From: Dehalococcoidia bacterium
GTDB lineage: Bacteria > Chloroflexota > Dehalococcoidia > Lucifugimonadales > UBA3495
NCBI GenBank assembly: GCA_045562555.1
Contig: JBJKVO010000001.1
Coordinates: forward strand, 66,064 to 130,063
Length of the DNA stretch: 64,000 nucleotides
Direction of reading: 5' to 3'
The notes under the pieces were generated by a model. That model saw only the letters and a program-made list of their open reading frames with translations, did no database searches and had not been told where the DNA came from. This document shows, in pieces, positions 26,380-36,811 of the stretch (positions are counted from its first letter, which is position 1; each line of letters opens with the position of its first letter). The position numbers and the translations under genes were made by a program.

Positions 26380-27330
26380 TTATCTAGGAACGAGACTGAT
26401 AACATCTTCAGCAAATTTCTGGATACATTCATGAAGTTCTGTGATGTCTTCAGTGTTGAAACTTAATATGAAGTTTTCCACGCCCACGTCTTGATACAGC
26501 CGGATATCAGCAGCAATTTGTTCTGGTATACCTGTCATCATATTATCGCGGTCCTCTGGTTCATTGCTGAATGTAATAGTGGAAGAAAAGCATAAGTCTA
26601 CAGAATCCTCTTTCCTCCCATTACTAACTGCCATTTCCTGTATCTGTTTGTACTTTTCGGAAAGCTCTTTAGGGTCCAAAATAGCAGGAGGGCGTTGACC
26701 TATTGGCATCCAGGCGTCTCCGAATTTAGCGGCTCTCCGTAATGCTGGTTTTGAATGACCCCCTATCCATAAAGGAGGATGAGGAGTTTGAATGGGCTTA
26801 GGAGAAAACCCCACATTCTCTATTAAGTAATCAGTTCCTGTGTACATGTTCGGTTCATCCATCCATACAGACTTGTATATGGATAGATATTCATCAGTCT
26901 TGCTTCCTCTTGCTGTGTAATGATCTAGTCCTAGTGCTTCGAATTCTTCTTTCATCCATCCGACGCCGACTCCTACTATCAGGCGTCCTTCGGATAAATA
27001 GTCTAAAGTTGCAAGCATTTTGGCAGTTAAGACAGGATTTCTGTAAGGAACTATTAAAACATGGGTACCTAATTTTAGGTTATTTGTGCATCCTGCTAGA
27101 AAATTCAAAGCAGAAATTGGTTCAAAATATGGTTGGTCTTCTGAGAATGGGCTTGCTCCTGTTGAGGAGTACGGGTATTTTGAGTCTATACTACGGGGGA
27201 TTACTATATGGTCACTCACCCACCCAGATTCATACTGGAATTTATCGACTAACAGAGCTGTAGTTTTTAGATTGTCTGGACTAGCTAAGGGTCCTCTACT
27301 GGGGAGGGATACCCCGAAAGTTATACTCAT
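26380..27330 (-). CDS. LLM-class (luciferase-like) oxidoreductase, probably F420-dependent
   Basis: The length is 316 aa. It has SGWVSDH and GRLIVGVGVGWMKEEFEALG, typical of the F420-dependent LLM subfamily. Confidence 0.65.
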   Translation of the reverse strand: MSITFGVSLPSRGPLASPDNLKTTALLVDKFQYESGWVSDHIVIPRSIDSKYPYSSTGASPFSEDQPYFEPISALNFLAGCTNNLKLGTHVLIVPYRNPVLTAKMLATLDYLSEGRLIVGVGVGWMKEEFEALGLDHYTARGSKTDEYLSIYKSVWMDEPNMYTGTDYLIENVGFSPKPIQTPHPPLWIGGHSKPALRRAAKFGDAWMPIGQRPPAILDPKELSEKYKQIQEMAVSNGRKEDSVDLCFSSTITFSNEPEDRDNMMTGIPEQIAADIRLYQDVGVENFILSFNTEDITELHECIQKFAEDVISLVPR

Positions 27331-27451
27331 TAGGAACCTCCAAAGGTTGATTACCCACTATTATCACTGATATCGAATTAATTAGATATAGTTCATATCA
27401 AAGCGCTATATATTGTGTTTGGGTTGTTTGAGATATATCCTATAGTATGAA

Positions 27452-28549
27452 ATGAGTAACGGAAAAAAAGTAATAGTAGCTATGAGCGGTGGTGTTGATT
27501 CGTCTGTTGCATGTTTGTTGCTTCAGAATCAAGGTTATGAAGTGATTGGTGTAACCATGAAGCTTTATGATCTTGATACGTCTAATTTGCCGGCAAATTA
27601 TCAAGGATGCTGTACTGTTGATGATGTGGAAGATGCCCGAAAAGTCTGTGGCATATTAGGAATCCCACATTATGTATTCAATGTGCAGAAAGAATTCCAA
27701 GAGCATGTGATAGATTATTTTTGTAATGAGTATCAAAAGGCAAGAACACCTCATCCATGCATAGCATGTAACGATAAAATAAAATTCAATTTTTTGAGGC
27801 ATAGAGCGCTACTTTTGGGTGCTGACTATGTAGCTACTGGTCATTACGCCCGAATAGAGGAATATAATGGACAGTATTTGTTGAAGAAAGGCTTAGACGA
27901 GAGTAAAGATCAGTCATATGTTTTGTTTGGAATGGGACAATCAGAATTGAGCACCACGTTAATGCCCTGTGGATTCTATGATAAATCTGCTATTCGTCAG
28001 TTTGCCATAGAGCGTGAATTTCCGAACGCTGAGAAAGCTGATAGTCAAGATATATGCTTCATACCCTTTGGTGACTATAAAGAATTTTTAAAGACAAAAA
28101 TTGAGTCAACTCCCGGAGAAATTATTGATTTGCAAGGTAATGTGTTGTCTACCCATAAAGGGATAGAATTTTTCACAATTGGACAAAGGCGAGGCTTGGG
28201 AATTGCTTCTGAAGATCCGCTATATGTAGTTGATATTGATATTGAAAAGCATAGGGTTGTAGTTGGACCTGACAGTGCTTTATTTAAGGATTCGCTTGTT
28301 GCAAGTGGCGTGAATTTCACCAGCGATGTATTCAAAGATTTTCCACAGGCTGTGACAGTGAAAATCAGATATAAAGCCGAAGAAACCTCTGCAAAGATAG
28401 TAAGTATGCAAAGCAACGAAGCAATTATTCAATTTGATGTTGCTCAGAGAGCAATTACTCCCGGCCAAGCTGTAGTTTTTTATAAAGATGATGTATTAGT
28501 TGGTGGCGGAGTAATCGATCGGTCGCTAGACACAGTGGCTGTTCAATAA
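27452..28549 (+). CDS. mnmA: tRNA 2-thiouridine(34) synthase
   Basis: The length is 365 aa. It has the PP-loop VAMSGGVDSS, the CxxC context PCIACND, plus ATGHYAR and DQSY. Confidence 0.85.
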   Translation: MSNGKKVIVAMSGGVDSSVACLLLQNQGYEVIGVTMKLYDLDTSNLPANYQGCCTVDDVEDARKVCGILGIPHYVFNVQKEFQEHVIDYFCNEYQKARTPHPCIACNDKIKFNFLRHRALLLGADYVATGHYARIEEYNGQYLLKKGLDESKDQSYVLFGMGQSELSTTLMPCGFYDKSAIRQFAIEREFPNAEKADSQDICFIPFGDYKEFLKTKIESTPGEIIDLQGNVLSTHKGIEFFTIGQRRGLGIASEDPLYVVDIDIEKHRVVVGPDSALFKDSLVASGVNFTSDVFKDFPQAVTVKIRYKAEETSAKIVSMQSNEAIIQFDVAQRAITPGQAVVFYKDDVLVGGGVIDRSLDTVAVQ

Positions 28550-28560
28550 TTTATTGATAG

Positions 28561-29175
28561 ATGGCAGATTTCAATTATGAAAAATCTGTAGCAGCTATGG
28601 GTTACTCTAATATATGTGGAATAGACGAAGTTGGAAGAGGCTGTCTTGCCGGTCCACTTGTAGCTGGGGCAGTAGTATTTGATATTGTTGATTCAGAATG
28701 GATTACTAGAGTAAACGACAGTAAAAAACTCACTCCTGCTATCCGTACAGAATTGTCCACTTTGATTAAAACTAAGGCAAAGAATTGGGCAGTAGGTTTA
28801 GTGGATGCCAAGGAATTGGATAAAGTGGGACTTACAACGGCTACTGAACTGGCAATGAAACAAGCCATTGATGCATTAACCTGTTTACCGGATTATTTAC
28901 TATTGGATTATGTCCCGATAGATTCATGGGAACAACCATACCAATTAATAAAACAAGGTGATTCCAGTAGTTACTCTATAGCGGCGGCTTCTATCATTGC
29001 TAAGGTTCACCGTGACCAAATCATGACTAAAATTGATTCAGAATACCCTGAATATGATTTCGCTTCCAATAAAGGATACGGCACAAAAGTTCACATGGAA
29101 GCTTTGTCTAAATATGGGCCATGTGATATACATAGACGAAGTTTTTCTCCAGTCCAACGGGCGGAAAATAAATAA
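28561..29175 (+). CDS. rnhB: ribonuclease HII
   Basis: The length is 204 aa. It has GIDEVGRGCLAGPLV, DSKKLT and ASIIAK. Confidence 0.85.
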   Translation: MADFNYEKSVAAMGYSNICGIDEVGRGCLAGPLVAGAVVFDIVDSEWITRVNDSKKLTPAIRTELSTLIKTKAKNWAVGLVDAKELDKVGLTTATELAMKQAIDALTCLPDYLLLDYVPIDSWEQPYQLIKQGDSSSYSIAAASIIAKVHRDQIMTKIDSEYPEYDFASNKGYGTKVHMEALSKYGPCDIHRRSFSPVQRAENK

Positions 29176-29187
29176 AAGGATACACGC

Positions 29188-30288
29188 ATGAAAATTAATA
29201 TAGTAGGAGGAGGAATTGTAGGCACATTGTCTGCGTTCCTTTTGTCAAAATTTGGTCACGAAGTTCTTATTTTTGATCCTGATTCTCCTGGAAGTCATGC
29301 TTCAGGATTTGCATTTGGTGAGATGAGCGCATTAGAAGGGTCAGGTATCCCTGATCCACTACTTGAATTTACATTGTCATCTTTTAACGCACATAAATTA
29401 CTTATTCCAGAAATCGAAGGAACAAGTGGCATACCTACTAATTATCAACGTAATGACAAGTTAAATTTAGCGTTTACTTCAGAACAAGCAAACAGACTGC
29501 AGAGTGAAATTGAATGGCAAAAAGATGTAGAAGGATTTGAAGTATCCTGGGTTGCAGGCAAAGATCTTTTTGATATTGAACCGCTATTGAACCCAGAATG
29601 CATAGGTGCGACCCACATAAAGGATCAGAGTTCGGTAGAGCCTTACAAGTTGACTTTATCAGCTGCAACTGCAGCAGAAAAATTAGGAACTACTATTATC
29701 ACAAGAGGAATTACTGATTTGATTTTTTCAGGTGACGAATGCTCTGGGGTAAAGACCGAATCGTCAGAACATTTGGCTGATGTCACATTATTAACTATGG
29801 GACCCTGGAGCAAATCTGCTTCGCAATGGATTGGTTATGAAATCCCTGTAAGGCCACTGAAAGGCCAAATTCTTCGCTTGGATGCCCCTGGAATTAATAT
29901 AAACACATCTGTATTTCATCAAAGTAACTATGTAGGGCTAAAACCAGATGGTCTCATTTGGGCTGGTACTACAGAAGAAGAAGTAGGGTTTGACGAAAAT
30001 ATTACTAACGAGGCACGAGATCAAATTATGATGGACTTATTGACCATGATACCTAGTTTAGAAGAATCACGACTTGTTAATCATACGGCTTGTCTAAGAC
30101 CACTTTGTATTGATTCAATGCCTATAGTAGATAAAGTATCAGGGTTTTCTAATTTGTTCATAGCTACAGGGGCAGGCAGAAAAGGTATATTGTGGAGCGC
30201 AGCTATGAGTCATGGGATTGTAGATATGATCTTGGGAAATGCTTCCGACATCAAAGGATTGGAGCACTTGAAATTGGATAGATTCTAA
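29188..30288 (+). CDS. FAD-dependent oxidoreductase, DAO family (glycine-oxidase/ThiO-like)
   Basis: The length is 366 aa. It has MKINIVGGGIVGTLSAF and a C-terminal ATGAGRKGI. Confidence 0.6.
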   Translation: MKINIVGGGIVGTLSAFLLSKFGHEVLIFDPDSPGSHASGFAFGEMSALEGSGIPDPLLEFTLSSFNAHKLLIPEIEGTSGIPTNYQRNDKLNLAFTSEQANRLQSEIEWQKDVEGFEVSWVAGKDLFDIEPLLNPECIGATHIKDQSSVEPYKLTLSAATAAEKLGTTIITRGITDLIFSGDECSGVKTESSEHLADVTLLTMGPWSKSASQWIGYEIPVRPLKGQILRLDAPGININTSVFHQSNYVGLKPDGLIWAGTTEEEVGFDENITNEARDQIMMDLLTMIPSLEESRLVNHTACLRPLCIDSMPIVDKVSGFSNLFIATGAGRKGILWSAAMSHGIVDMILGNASDIKGLEHLKLDRF

Positions 30289-30290
30289 GA

Positions 30291-30983
30291 TTATGGATCT
30301 ACTTTGCGGGCTATTAAGTGACCATTTTCCACAGCGGCCTTCATACTAAAATTAAAATGATTAAACTTAAGAGCCCAGTCAACATCTTCCGGTAAGTATT
30401 GGGATTGGGAAGGGTCATAGAATTTCTGTGTGGACCCTCCCGTAAGAATGAGACTTTTCACTGATTCAGGATCGGGTTCTCTGCCTTCGAGTAAATTTCT
30501 AAGATAAAAAGCACATTGCTCATCTTCATCAGATTTAACCACTCCGCGGTCCCCCATTGCGATAATTGATACTTCTTCAGGGTTCATTTTCAGGATTTGG
30601 TTAACGGTTGCTTTAGCTACTATAAAAGACCCTAGGAAGATGTCTGATGCAGTTTGTGAGGCAGCGTTCGCCCCTACCGTACCATTCCTGGTGGATTGAA
30701 CAATATGCTTATCTTGGAAATTATAAACGCTGGCTTCATGAGGAGAATTACCTAAATCAAAGCCAGTTGGTTTAGCTCCACCAACTTCACCCATGAGCAG
30801 ATTGGCATACCCAGATTCATATAATGAGAGTGCATCTTCCGCCTCAGCAACTAACGTGATTTTAGAAGCTCCTCTGCTGAATGCTATTGCAGCTGTGGTA
30901 AAAGCTCTAAAAACATCAATTACTATGGTCACCCCTCTTGATTCTGAAGCATCCCTAGGTAAGCTTCCAACGTTAATTTTCAT
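30291..30983 (-). CDS. comB: 2-phosphosulfolactate phosphatase family protein
   Basis: The length is 230 aa. It has the family motif VIDVFRAFTTAAIAF. Confidence 0.6.
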   Translation of the reverse strand: MKINVGSLPRDASESRGVTIVIDVFRAFTTAAIAFSRGASKITLVAEAEDALSLYESGYANLLMGEVGGAKPTGFDLGNSPHEASVYNFQDKHIVQSTRNGTVGANAASQTASDIFLGSFIVAKATVNQILKMNPEEVSIIAMGDRGVVKSDEDEQCAFYLRNLLEGREPDPESVKSLILTGGSTQKFYDPSQSQYLPEDVDWALKFNHFNFSMKAAVENGHLIARKVDP

Positions 30984-30999
30984 TTAGCCCCCATTGTAA

Positions 31000-31947
31000 T
31001 CATTTATTAATAACCAGCTTCTGTAACGATCTAATTTCCCTTGGTGGGTCAAGATGGCTGCCAGTATGGGTCCAGGATACTTCTCCTACGTAAATGGACC
31101 TTTCGGAGTCTACGCAGATCCCATGTGGTGCTATAAATTGTCCTGGAGCTTCACCTTCTGGTTTATTCCCAAGTCGCTCTATTAATTCACCGTTGGTATT
31201 ATAAATACTAACTCTGGGTCCCAGGTTAAGAGCATCATGATTAGGACCTATAGCAGACCCTAATTCTCCTATATAGACTAAACCGTTCTCAGGATCTATG
31301 TATAGTCCACAAGGCCTGGCCATATTAACCCATTGTGTTTCAAACTTGCCATTGGAGTCGAATATTTGGACTCTATGATTTTCTCTGTCAGCGACATAAA
31401 CCCATCCATCTTTATCAGTGCATATATTGTGAGCGATATTGAACTGCCCCGGATCATTTCCTGGTTCGCCCCAAGAGAACATCAATTCGCCGTCTGCCGA
31501 ATATTTATGGACTCTGGCATTGCCATATCCATCGGAAACATAGAAATCGGACGTTTTAGGATCAAATGCTACATGGGTGCATCTGTTAAATGGATCTCCA
31601 CTCATAAATCCACTGGGAGCGCCGCTTATTCCTAGAGTGAACAATACTTCCCCATCTAATGTGCATTTGCGGACGGTGTGATCCCCATCATCTGTGCAAA
31701 ACATATTTCCATCAGGAGACATTGTTACGCCATGAGCGCGGGGGAATATGCCTTCACCCCAGGACTTTATAAAAGATCCGTCTTTATCAAATACCATCAT
31801 CGGATGCTCGCCACGATTAAATACATATACATTATCATTAGAGTCAGTGGCGATACCTGCGGTCTCCTTTAATGCATATCCTTCAGGTAGATCAGCCCAG
31901 TTTTCTAGAACCAAGTATTCATAGTTCCCTTTTCCTAATATAGCCAT
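31000..31947 (-). CDS. peptidyl-alpha-hydroxyglycine alpha-amidating lyase (PAL)-like six-bladed NHL beta-propeller protein
   Basis: The length is 315 aa with no signal peptide. VFNRGEH, VSDGYGNARVHKYSADGELMFSWGE, PGQFNIAHNI and VADRENHRVQIF are collinear with the animal PAL catalytic core, as I recall it. Confidence 0.6.
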   Translation of the reverse strand: MAILGKGNYEYLVLENWADLPEGYALKETAGIATDSNDNVYVFNRGEHPMMVFDKDGSFIKSWGEGIFPRAHGVTMSPDGNMFCTDDGDHTVRKCTLDGEVLFTLGISGAPSGFMSGDPFNRCTHVAFDPKTSDFYVSDGYGNARVHKYSADGELMFSWGEPGNDPGQFNIAHNICTDKDGWVYVADRENHRVQIFDSNGKFETQWVNMARPCGLYIDPENGLVYIGELGSAIGPNHDALNLGPRVSIYNTNGELIERLGNKPEGEAPGQFIAPHGICVDSERSIYVGEVSWTHTGSHLDPPREIRSLQKLVINK

Positions 31948-32068
31948 AAATCACCCTCTATTTTTGGCTCGATTGTAACACGTTATTTTATTTGAGGCTT
32001 AACTGATTTTTGTTGTTGCCTTGCTGTATAATTATGCTACTAAAAAGTGATTATGAGGTTGACTATTT

Positions 32069-32767
32069 ATGTCTACAGACCCTGACAATAGAATGTTTGT
32101 TAAATATAGCTTGTTCAAAGTGAGTTCTGACTGGAAGAGGCTTCCAGAGGAAGAGAAAGAAAACTCTAAAATAGAATTCTCTGAATTATTGGCAGAATTT
32201 GACGATAAAATTTATTCAGCTACCTATTCCACCGTGGGCACTCGTGGAGACGTCGATTTGGTTATTTGGAATGTTAGCGAGAGTCTAGAATTGTTAAATG
32301 AGTTTATGGCTTCGATTAATGGAACCACTTTAGGAAGGTATCTTGATATGCCTCACTCATATTTTGCTATGACTAATCAATCTCCGTATGTGAGCGAACA
32401 TGTCCATGAGGGTCAAGAAGGAACATCTGCAGCTATGAGGATTATAGGCAGAAAGTACTTATTTCTATATCCTTTTACTAAGACTCATGAATGGTATCAA
32501 CTGCCATTTGAAGACCGCCAGAAGATGATGACTCAGCATTTTGAGGTCGGGCATAAATACCCGAATGTCAAAATAAGTACTTCTTATTCGTTTGGCTTGG
32601 ATGACCAAGAATTTGTTCTTGGATTTGAGACTGACGAGCCTGGTACATTCTTAGATTTAGTAAAAGATTTGCGAGAGTCCAAAGCTCGTCCTTACACTTT
32701 GTTTGATGTCCCTATTTTTACGTGTCTGTATAAGGACATAAAGGATTGCTTGAACGACCTAGGTTAA
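32069..32767 (+). CDS. hemQ: chlorite dismutase family protein / coproheme decarboxylase
   Basis: The length is 232 aa. It has YLFLYPFTKTHEWYQLPFEDRQKMMTQHFEVGHKY. Confidence 0.7.
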   Translation: MSTDPDNRMFVKYSLFKVSSDWKRLPEEEKENSKIEFSELLAEFDDKIYSATYSTVGTRGDVDLVIWNVSESLELLNEFMASINGTTLGRYLDMPHSYFAMTNQSPYVSEHVHEGQEGTSAAMRIIGRKYLFLYPFTKTHEWYQLPFEDRQKMMTQHFEVGHKYPNVKISTSYSFGLDDQEFVLGFETDEPGTFLDLVKDLRESKARPYTLFDVPIFTCLYKDIKDCLNDLG

Positions 32768-32797
32768 TAATTGATTACAGAGAATTTCGATAGAGTT

Positions 32798-34402
32798 CTA
32801 TTTGAGTACGAACCCTTGGTAATTATTACTAGCTATTTCTGCCCGTTTAGCCCTCATCACTGGTGCACTGTCGGGCGCGGTTAGTAATCCTCTTGCTTTG
32901 CCAGGTATATTTGCCCCCACAAACCAAGATGCAGCTTGTGATCGCAGAATTTTTGCCCCTTCTTCTTTGACGTGCTTACCCCATTCTTCTTCTGATTCTA
33001 TTGAAGGTTCGATAGTGTGGAACCCATTCTCTCTCATGTATTCGATCGCTTCGATGACCCATCCCACAAGAGGTTCAGCTGCTCGTGGGAAATTTCCTAC
33101 TGATGCTGCATTCACAGTCCAAAGGTTAGGATATCCAACACTCATGATTCCCATGAAACTTTTGGGGCCTTCGCTGTATTTTTCTTTTAGAAGTTCCCCG
33201 TTTGCGCCATAGATGTCTATTCCTAATAAGGAACCTGTGACGGCATCAAATCCAGTTGCATAAATAATCACATCAAATTCGTATTCATGATCGGTTGTTT
33301 TAATACCAGTATTAGTGATTCTTTCTATCGGGGCACTTTTAACATCAACTAGTAAAACGTTATCTTGATTGTAGACCTCATAATATCCACTTTCGCAGGG
33401 AAGGCGTTTGGAGCCGAACATGTGATCTTTAGGAACTAGCATTTCTGCTACGACTGGATCATGCACTCGTTCTCTGATTTTGTTTCTGAAGAATTCTGCA
33501 TAGTCTTCGTTAGCCTCTCCTGGTAACATCACGTCATAGAAATTGCCTAGCCATTTTTTAAAGCCAGACTCTTTCCATAGTTCTTCGTATTGTTCGTATC
33601 TTTCCTCTTTGGACACTTCCATTGCTGATCGAGGATCGAATTTGTGCATGAATGATCCTGCAGTATCCATGCATTTTTCTAATATTTCAGGAAAGCGAGA
33701 TTTTATATCTTTTTGTTCTTCATCTGTGATAGGCCTATTCCTCAACGGTGCGCAGAAATTTGCAGTTCTTTGGAATACGGTTAAATGTCCAACTTCTTTC
33801 GCTATTTCTGTTATAAGCTGAACGCCACTAGCCCCAGTGCCGATGACTCCTACCCTTTTCCCTTTTAAATCCATTCCTTCTTTAGGCCATTTACCTGTAT
33901 GACACCAAGGCCCTTGGAAATCATGGATCCCTTCGAAATTAGGCACATAGTTAGCAGACAGTATCCCTACAGCGGTTATAACAAACCTGCCACGAGCTTG
34001 GTAGCCATCTTCTATACTTACTGTCCAGTCTTGAGTCTCTTCATTAAATCTTAAAGAATCAACATGCGAGTTGAATCTGACATGTTTTTTAAGGTCGAAC
34101 TTGTCTGCTACGTAGTTGAAATACCGTTCGTTTTCAGGTTGGCCAGAGTAATGTTCTTTCCAATCCCACTCTTGGAGAAGCTCTTCTGAGAAGAAATATC
34201 CGTATGTGTAACTTTCAGAATCAAATCTGCAACCAGGATACCTATTCCAGTACCAGGTGCCACCTACTCCGGCAGCATCATCAAATGCCTGGACGGTGAA
34301 CCCTTTATCTCTTAGATGATGTATGGATAGTAAACCAGTGAGGCCTGCTCCAATAACTATCACATCAAAACTTGGTATATTCCCATTTTGTGATTTCGTC
34401 AT
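32798..34402 (-). CDS. Baeyer-Villiger monooxygenase (type I, cyclohexanone-monooxygenase-like)
   Basis: The length is 534 aa. It has the FAD motif VIVIGAGLTG, GGTWYWNRYPG, the BVMO fingerprint FQGPWCHTGKWP (FxGxxxHxxxWP) and the NADPH motif VGVIGTGASG. Confidence 0.85.
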   Translation of the reverse strand: MTKSQNGNIPSFDVIVIGAGLTGLLSIHHLRDKGFTVQAFDDAAGVGGTWYWNRYPGCRFDSESYTYGYFFSEELLQEWDWKEHYSGQPENERYFNYVADKFDLKKHVRFNSHVDSLRFNEETQDWTVSIEDGYQARGRFVITAVGILSANYVPNFEGIHDFQGPWCHTGKWPKEGMDLKGKRVGVIGTGASGVQLITEIAKEVGHLTVFQRTANFCAPLRNRPITDEEQKDIKSRFPEILEKCMDTAGSFMHKFDPRSAMEVSKEERYEQYEELWKESGFKKWLGNFYDVMLPGEANEDYAEFFRNKIRERVHDPVVAEMLVPKDHMFGSKRLPCESGYYEVYNQDNVLLVDVKSAPIERITNTGIKTTDHEYEFDVIIYATGFDAVTGSLLGIDIYGANGELLKEKYSEGPKSFMGIMSVGYPNLWTVNAASVGNFPRAAEPLVGWVIEAIEYMRENGFHTIEPSIESEEEWGKHVKEEGAKILRSQAASWFVGANIPGKARGLLTAPDSAPVMRAKRAEIASNNYQGFVLK

Positions 34403-34422
34403 AACAGACCTCTCCTACTAGT

Positions 34423-36699
34423 TTAACTTTCAGTATTCTTCATATGATTCATGGCGGATCCCGCTTCGAACCATGCGATTTGAGTTGCATTTAATGTGTG
34501 TCTGAGATTGATAGTCTCTTCAGAACCATCTGAATGCTTGATTAGACAATCTACAGTTTTGTTGGGTTGCAAATCTGACAGGCCTAGAAGGCTGATTCTG
34601 TCATCGACTAGCATACGATCATAGTCTTCAGCAACTTCAAACGTCAAAGGTAATATCCCTTGCTTTTTTAGGTTAGATTCATGGAGACGAGCAAAGCTCT
34701 TAACTATTATGGCAGCAGCTCCCAGTTTTCTTGGTGACATAGCTGCATGCTCTCTACTACTACCTTCCCCATAGTTTTGATCTCCGATTGACACCCAGCG
34801 CATTTGTTGAGCTTGGTATGCCTTAGCTACCTCTGGAGGCGACATTATTTGTTCCCCAGATAATTGGTTGACGCTTTCACCTGTGCCATCTGTGAAACTG
34901 TTAACTGATCCTAAAAGCATGTTGTCACTCAAATTACTTAGGTGTCCTCTATAAGCTAGCCACGGGCCTGCCGGAGAGATAGCATCTGTTGTGCATTGCC
35001 CTTTCGCTTTCACCAATATCGGAAGCTCTTCATAGTCTTTACCATCCCAAGCTGGCCATGGATTTAAGATTTCTAGGCGAGTGCTGTTGGGATCTATATT
35101 CACTTCTACATCAGAACCATCTTCTGGTGGTTCTACAAAGTAGGATACCCCAGGTTCAAATCCATTAGCCGGTATTTCCGGAGCAGGTTTTGGAGGATCC
35201 AATTTCACTTCAGTCCCGTCAGGGGCAGTGATCGTATCTACTAATGGGTTAAATGATAGTTTCCCACTTAGGCTCATAGCTAAAGCTATTTCTGGACTGG
35301 ACATGAAGTTCATAGTTCCTACGTGTCCGTCATTCCGTTTTGGGAAGTTTCGATTGTAAGATGTAACAATTGCATTCGGTGTACCGTCACTTCCTTCATT
35401 CCGTCGCCACTGCCCAATACAGGGTCCACATGCGTTTGCTAATACTGTTGCTCCTATGTTCTCTAAAGCTGCTTGCTGACCATCTCTTTCGATTGTTGCT
35501 CTGACTTGTTCAGAGCCTGGGGTAACTAAGAAGGGTGTTGCGGCTTTGATTCCTTTATCTACCGCTTGCTGAGCTAAGTCTGCACACCTGCTCATGTCTT
35601 CATAACTTGAGTTAGTACAGCTACCAACTAAGGCCGCAGATACAACTTCAGGGAAGTCATGTTCTTTAATTTCTGCTGCTAATTCTGATATTGGTCTAGC
35701 CCGGTCAGGGGAATGAGGACCTGTTATGTGGGGTTCTAATTCAGATAGGTTTATTTCTACGATTTGATCATAGTACTGTTCAGGGTTAGCCTCGACTTCA
35801 GGATCGGCAGTCACTAGATGTTTGTACTGTTCTGCTAGTTCAGCTAATTCACTTCTGCCGGTCACACCTAAATATGTTGCCATTCTACTGTCGAACGGAT
35901 AAACATCGCCTGTAGCACCTAATTCAGCCCCCATGTTGGTAGTGGTGGCTTTGCCTGTGCATGAAATAGATTCAACGCCTGGCCCAAAGTATTCTATGAT
36001 TGCATTAGTTCCTCCAGATACGGTAAGGACTTTTGCTAGATATATAATGATATCTTTTGGAGCGGTCCATCCTGACATCTCGCCGGTTAGATGCACCCCA
36101 ATTAATCTAGGGTATTTAACTTCCCAAGGGAGCCCGGCCATCACGTCAGCTGCGTCTGCGCCTCCGACTCCGCATGCTAGTGTACCAAGGCCTCCGGCAT
36201 TTGGGGTGTGAGAATCAGTGCCTATTAGTAGTGCACCAGGGAAAGCATAATTTTCTAAGACCACCTGGTGGATAATTCCTCCGCCGGGTTTCCAGAATCC
36301 CATACCATATCTTTTGCATGCAGATTCCAGGAATTTGTACACTTCGCTGTTTTCAACGACCGCCTCAGATAGATCAGATCCTGCTCCCACTCTAGCTTGA
36401 ACCAGGTGGTCGCAGTGCACGGTTGTAGGGACTGCTACCTTTTCTCTCCCGGATTGCATGAATTGCAGGATAGACATTTGTCCAGTGACATCTTGTTGAG
36501 CGACTCTGTCGGGTCTCAAATTGAGATAACTTTCCCCAGGGATTAATTCTGCGCCTTCTGGGTCATCTAAATGAGAGAATAGTAGTTTTTCAGCTAGTGT
36601 CATCGGTCTATTTAGTCGACCTTTGACGATTTCTAAGTTTTTCTCCATTTTTTTGTATGCTGCTAATACAAATTCTGGAGTCGAGTCTATAGATACCAT
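34423..36699 (-). CDS. acnA: aconitate hydratase (about 750-aa type)
   Basis: The length is 758 aa. FeS-cluster Cys contexts are GSCTNSS and ANACGPCIGQW. It also has IGTDSHT and the swivel-domain motif GEGSSREHAA. Confidence 0.85.
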   Translation of the reverse strand: MVSIDSTPEFVLAAYKKMEKNLEIVKGRLNRPMTLAEKLLFSHLDDPEGAELIPGESYLNLRPDRVAQQDVTGQMSILQFMQSGREKVAVPTTVHCDHLVQARVGAGSDLSEAVVENSEVYKFLESACKRYGMGFWKPGGGIIHQVVLENYAFPGALLIGTDSHTPNAGGLGTLACGVGGADAADVMAGLPWEVKYPRLIGVHLTGEMSGWTAPKDIIIYLAKVLTVSGGTNAIIEYFGPGVESISCTGKATTTNMGAELGATGDVYPFDSRMATYLGVTGRSELAELAEQYKHLVTADPEVEANPEQYYDQIVEINLSELEPHITGPHSPDRARPISELAAEIKEHDFPEVVSAALVGSCTNSSYEDMSRCADLAQQAVDKGIKAATPFLVTPGSEQVRATIERDGQQAALENIGATVLANACGPCIGQWRRNEGSDGTPNAIVTSYNRNFPKRNDGHVGTMNFMSSPEIALAMSLSGKLSFNPLVDTITAPDGTEVKLDPPKPAPEIPANGFEPGVSYFVEPPEDGSDVEVNIDPNSTRLEILNPWPAWDGKDYEELPILVKAKGQCTTDAISPAGPWLAYRGHLSNLSDNMLLGSVNSFTDGTGESVNQLSGEQIMSPPEVAKAYQAQQMRWVSIGDQNYGEGSSREHAAMSPRKLGAAAIIVKSFARLHESNLKKQGILPLTFEVAEDYDRMLVDDRISLLGLSDLQPNKTVDCLIKHSDGSEETINLRHTLNATQIAWFEAGSAMNHMKNTES

Positions 36700-36811
36700 G
36701 GATCCTCCTTCTAATCTTTATTCATAGTTCTGCGGAAAATACATAAGGGGTTCAGCCATAAACCTCGAATATGTATTATGTCTTACTCTTGGGATTACTT
36801 TGAGCGGGTGT

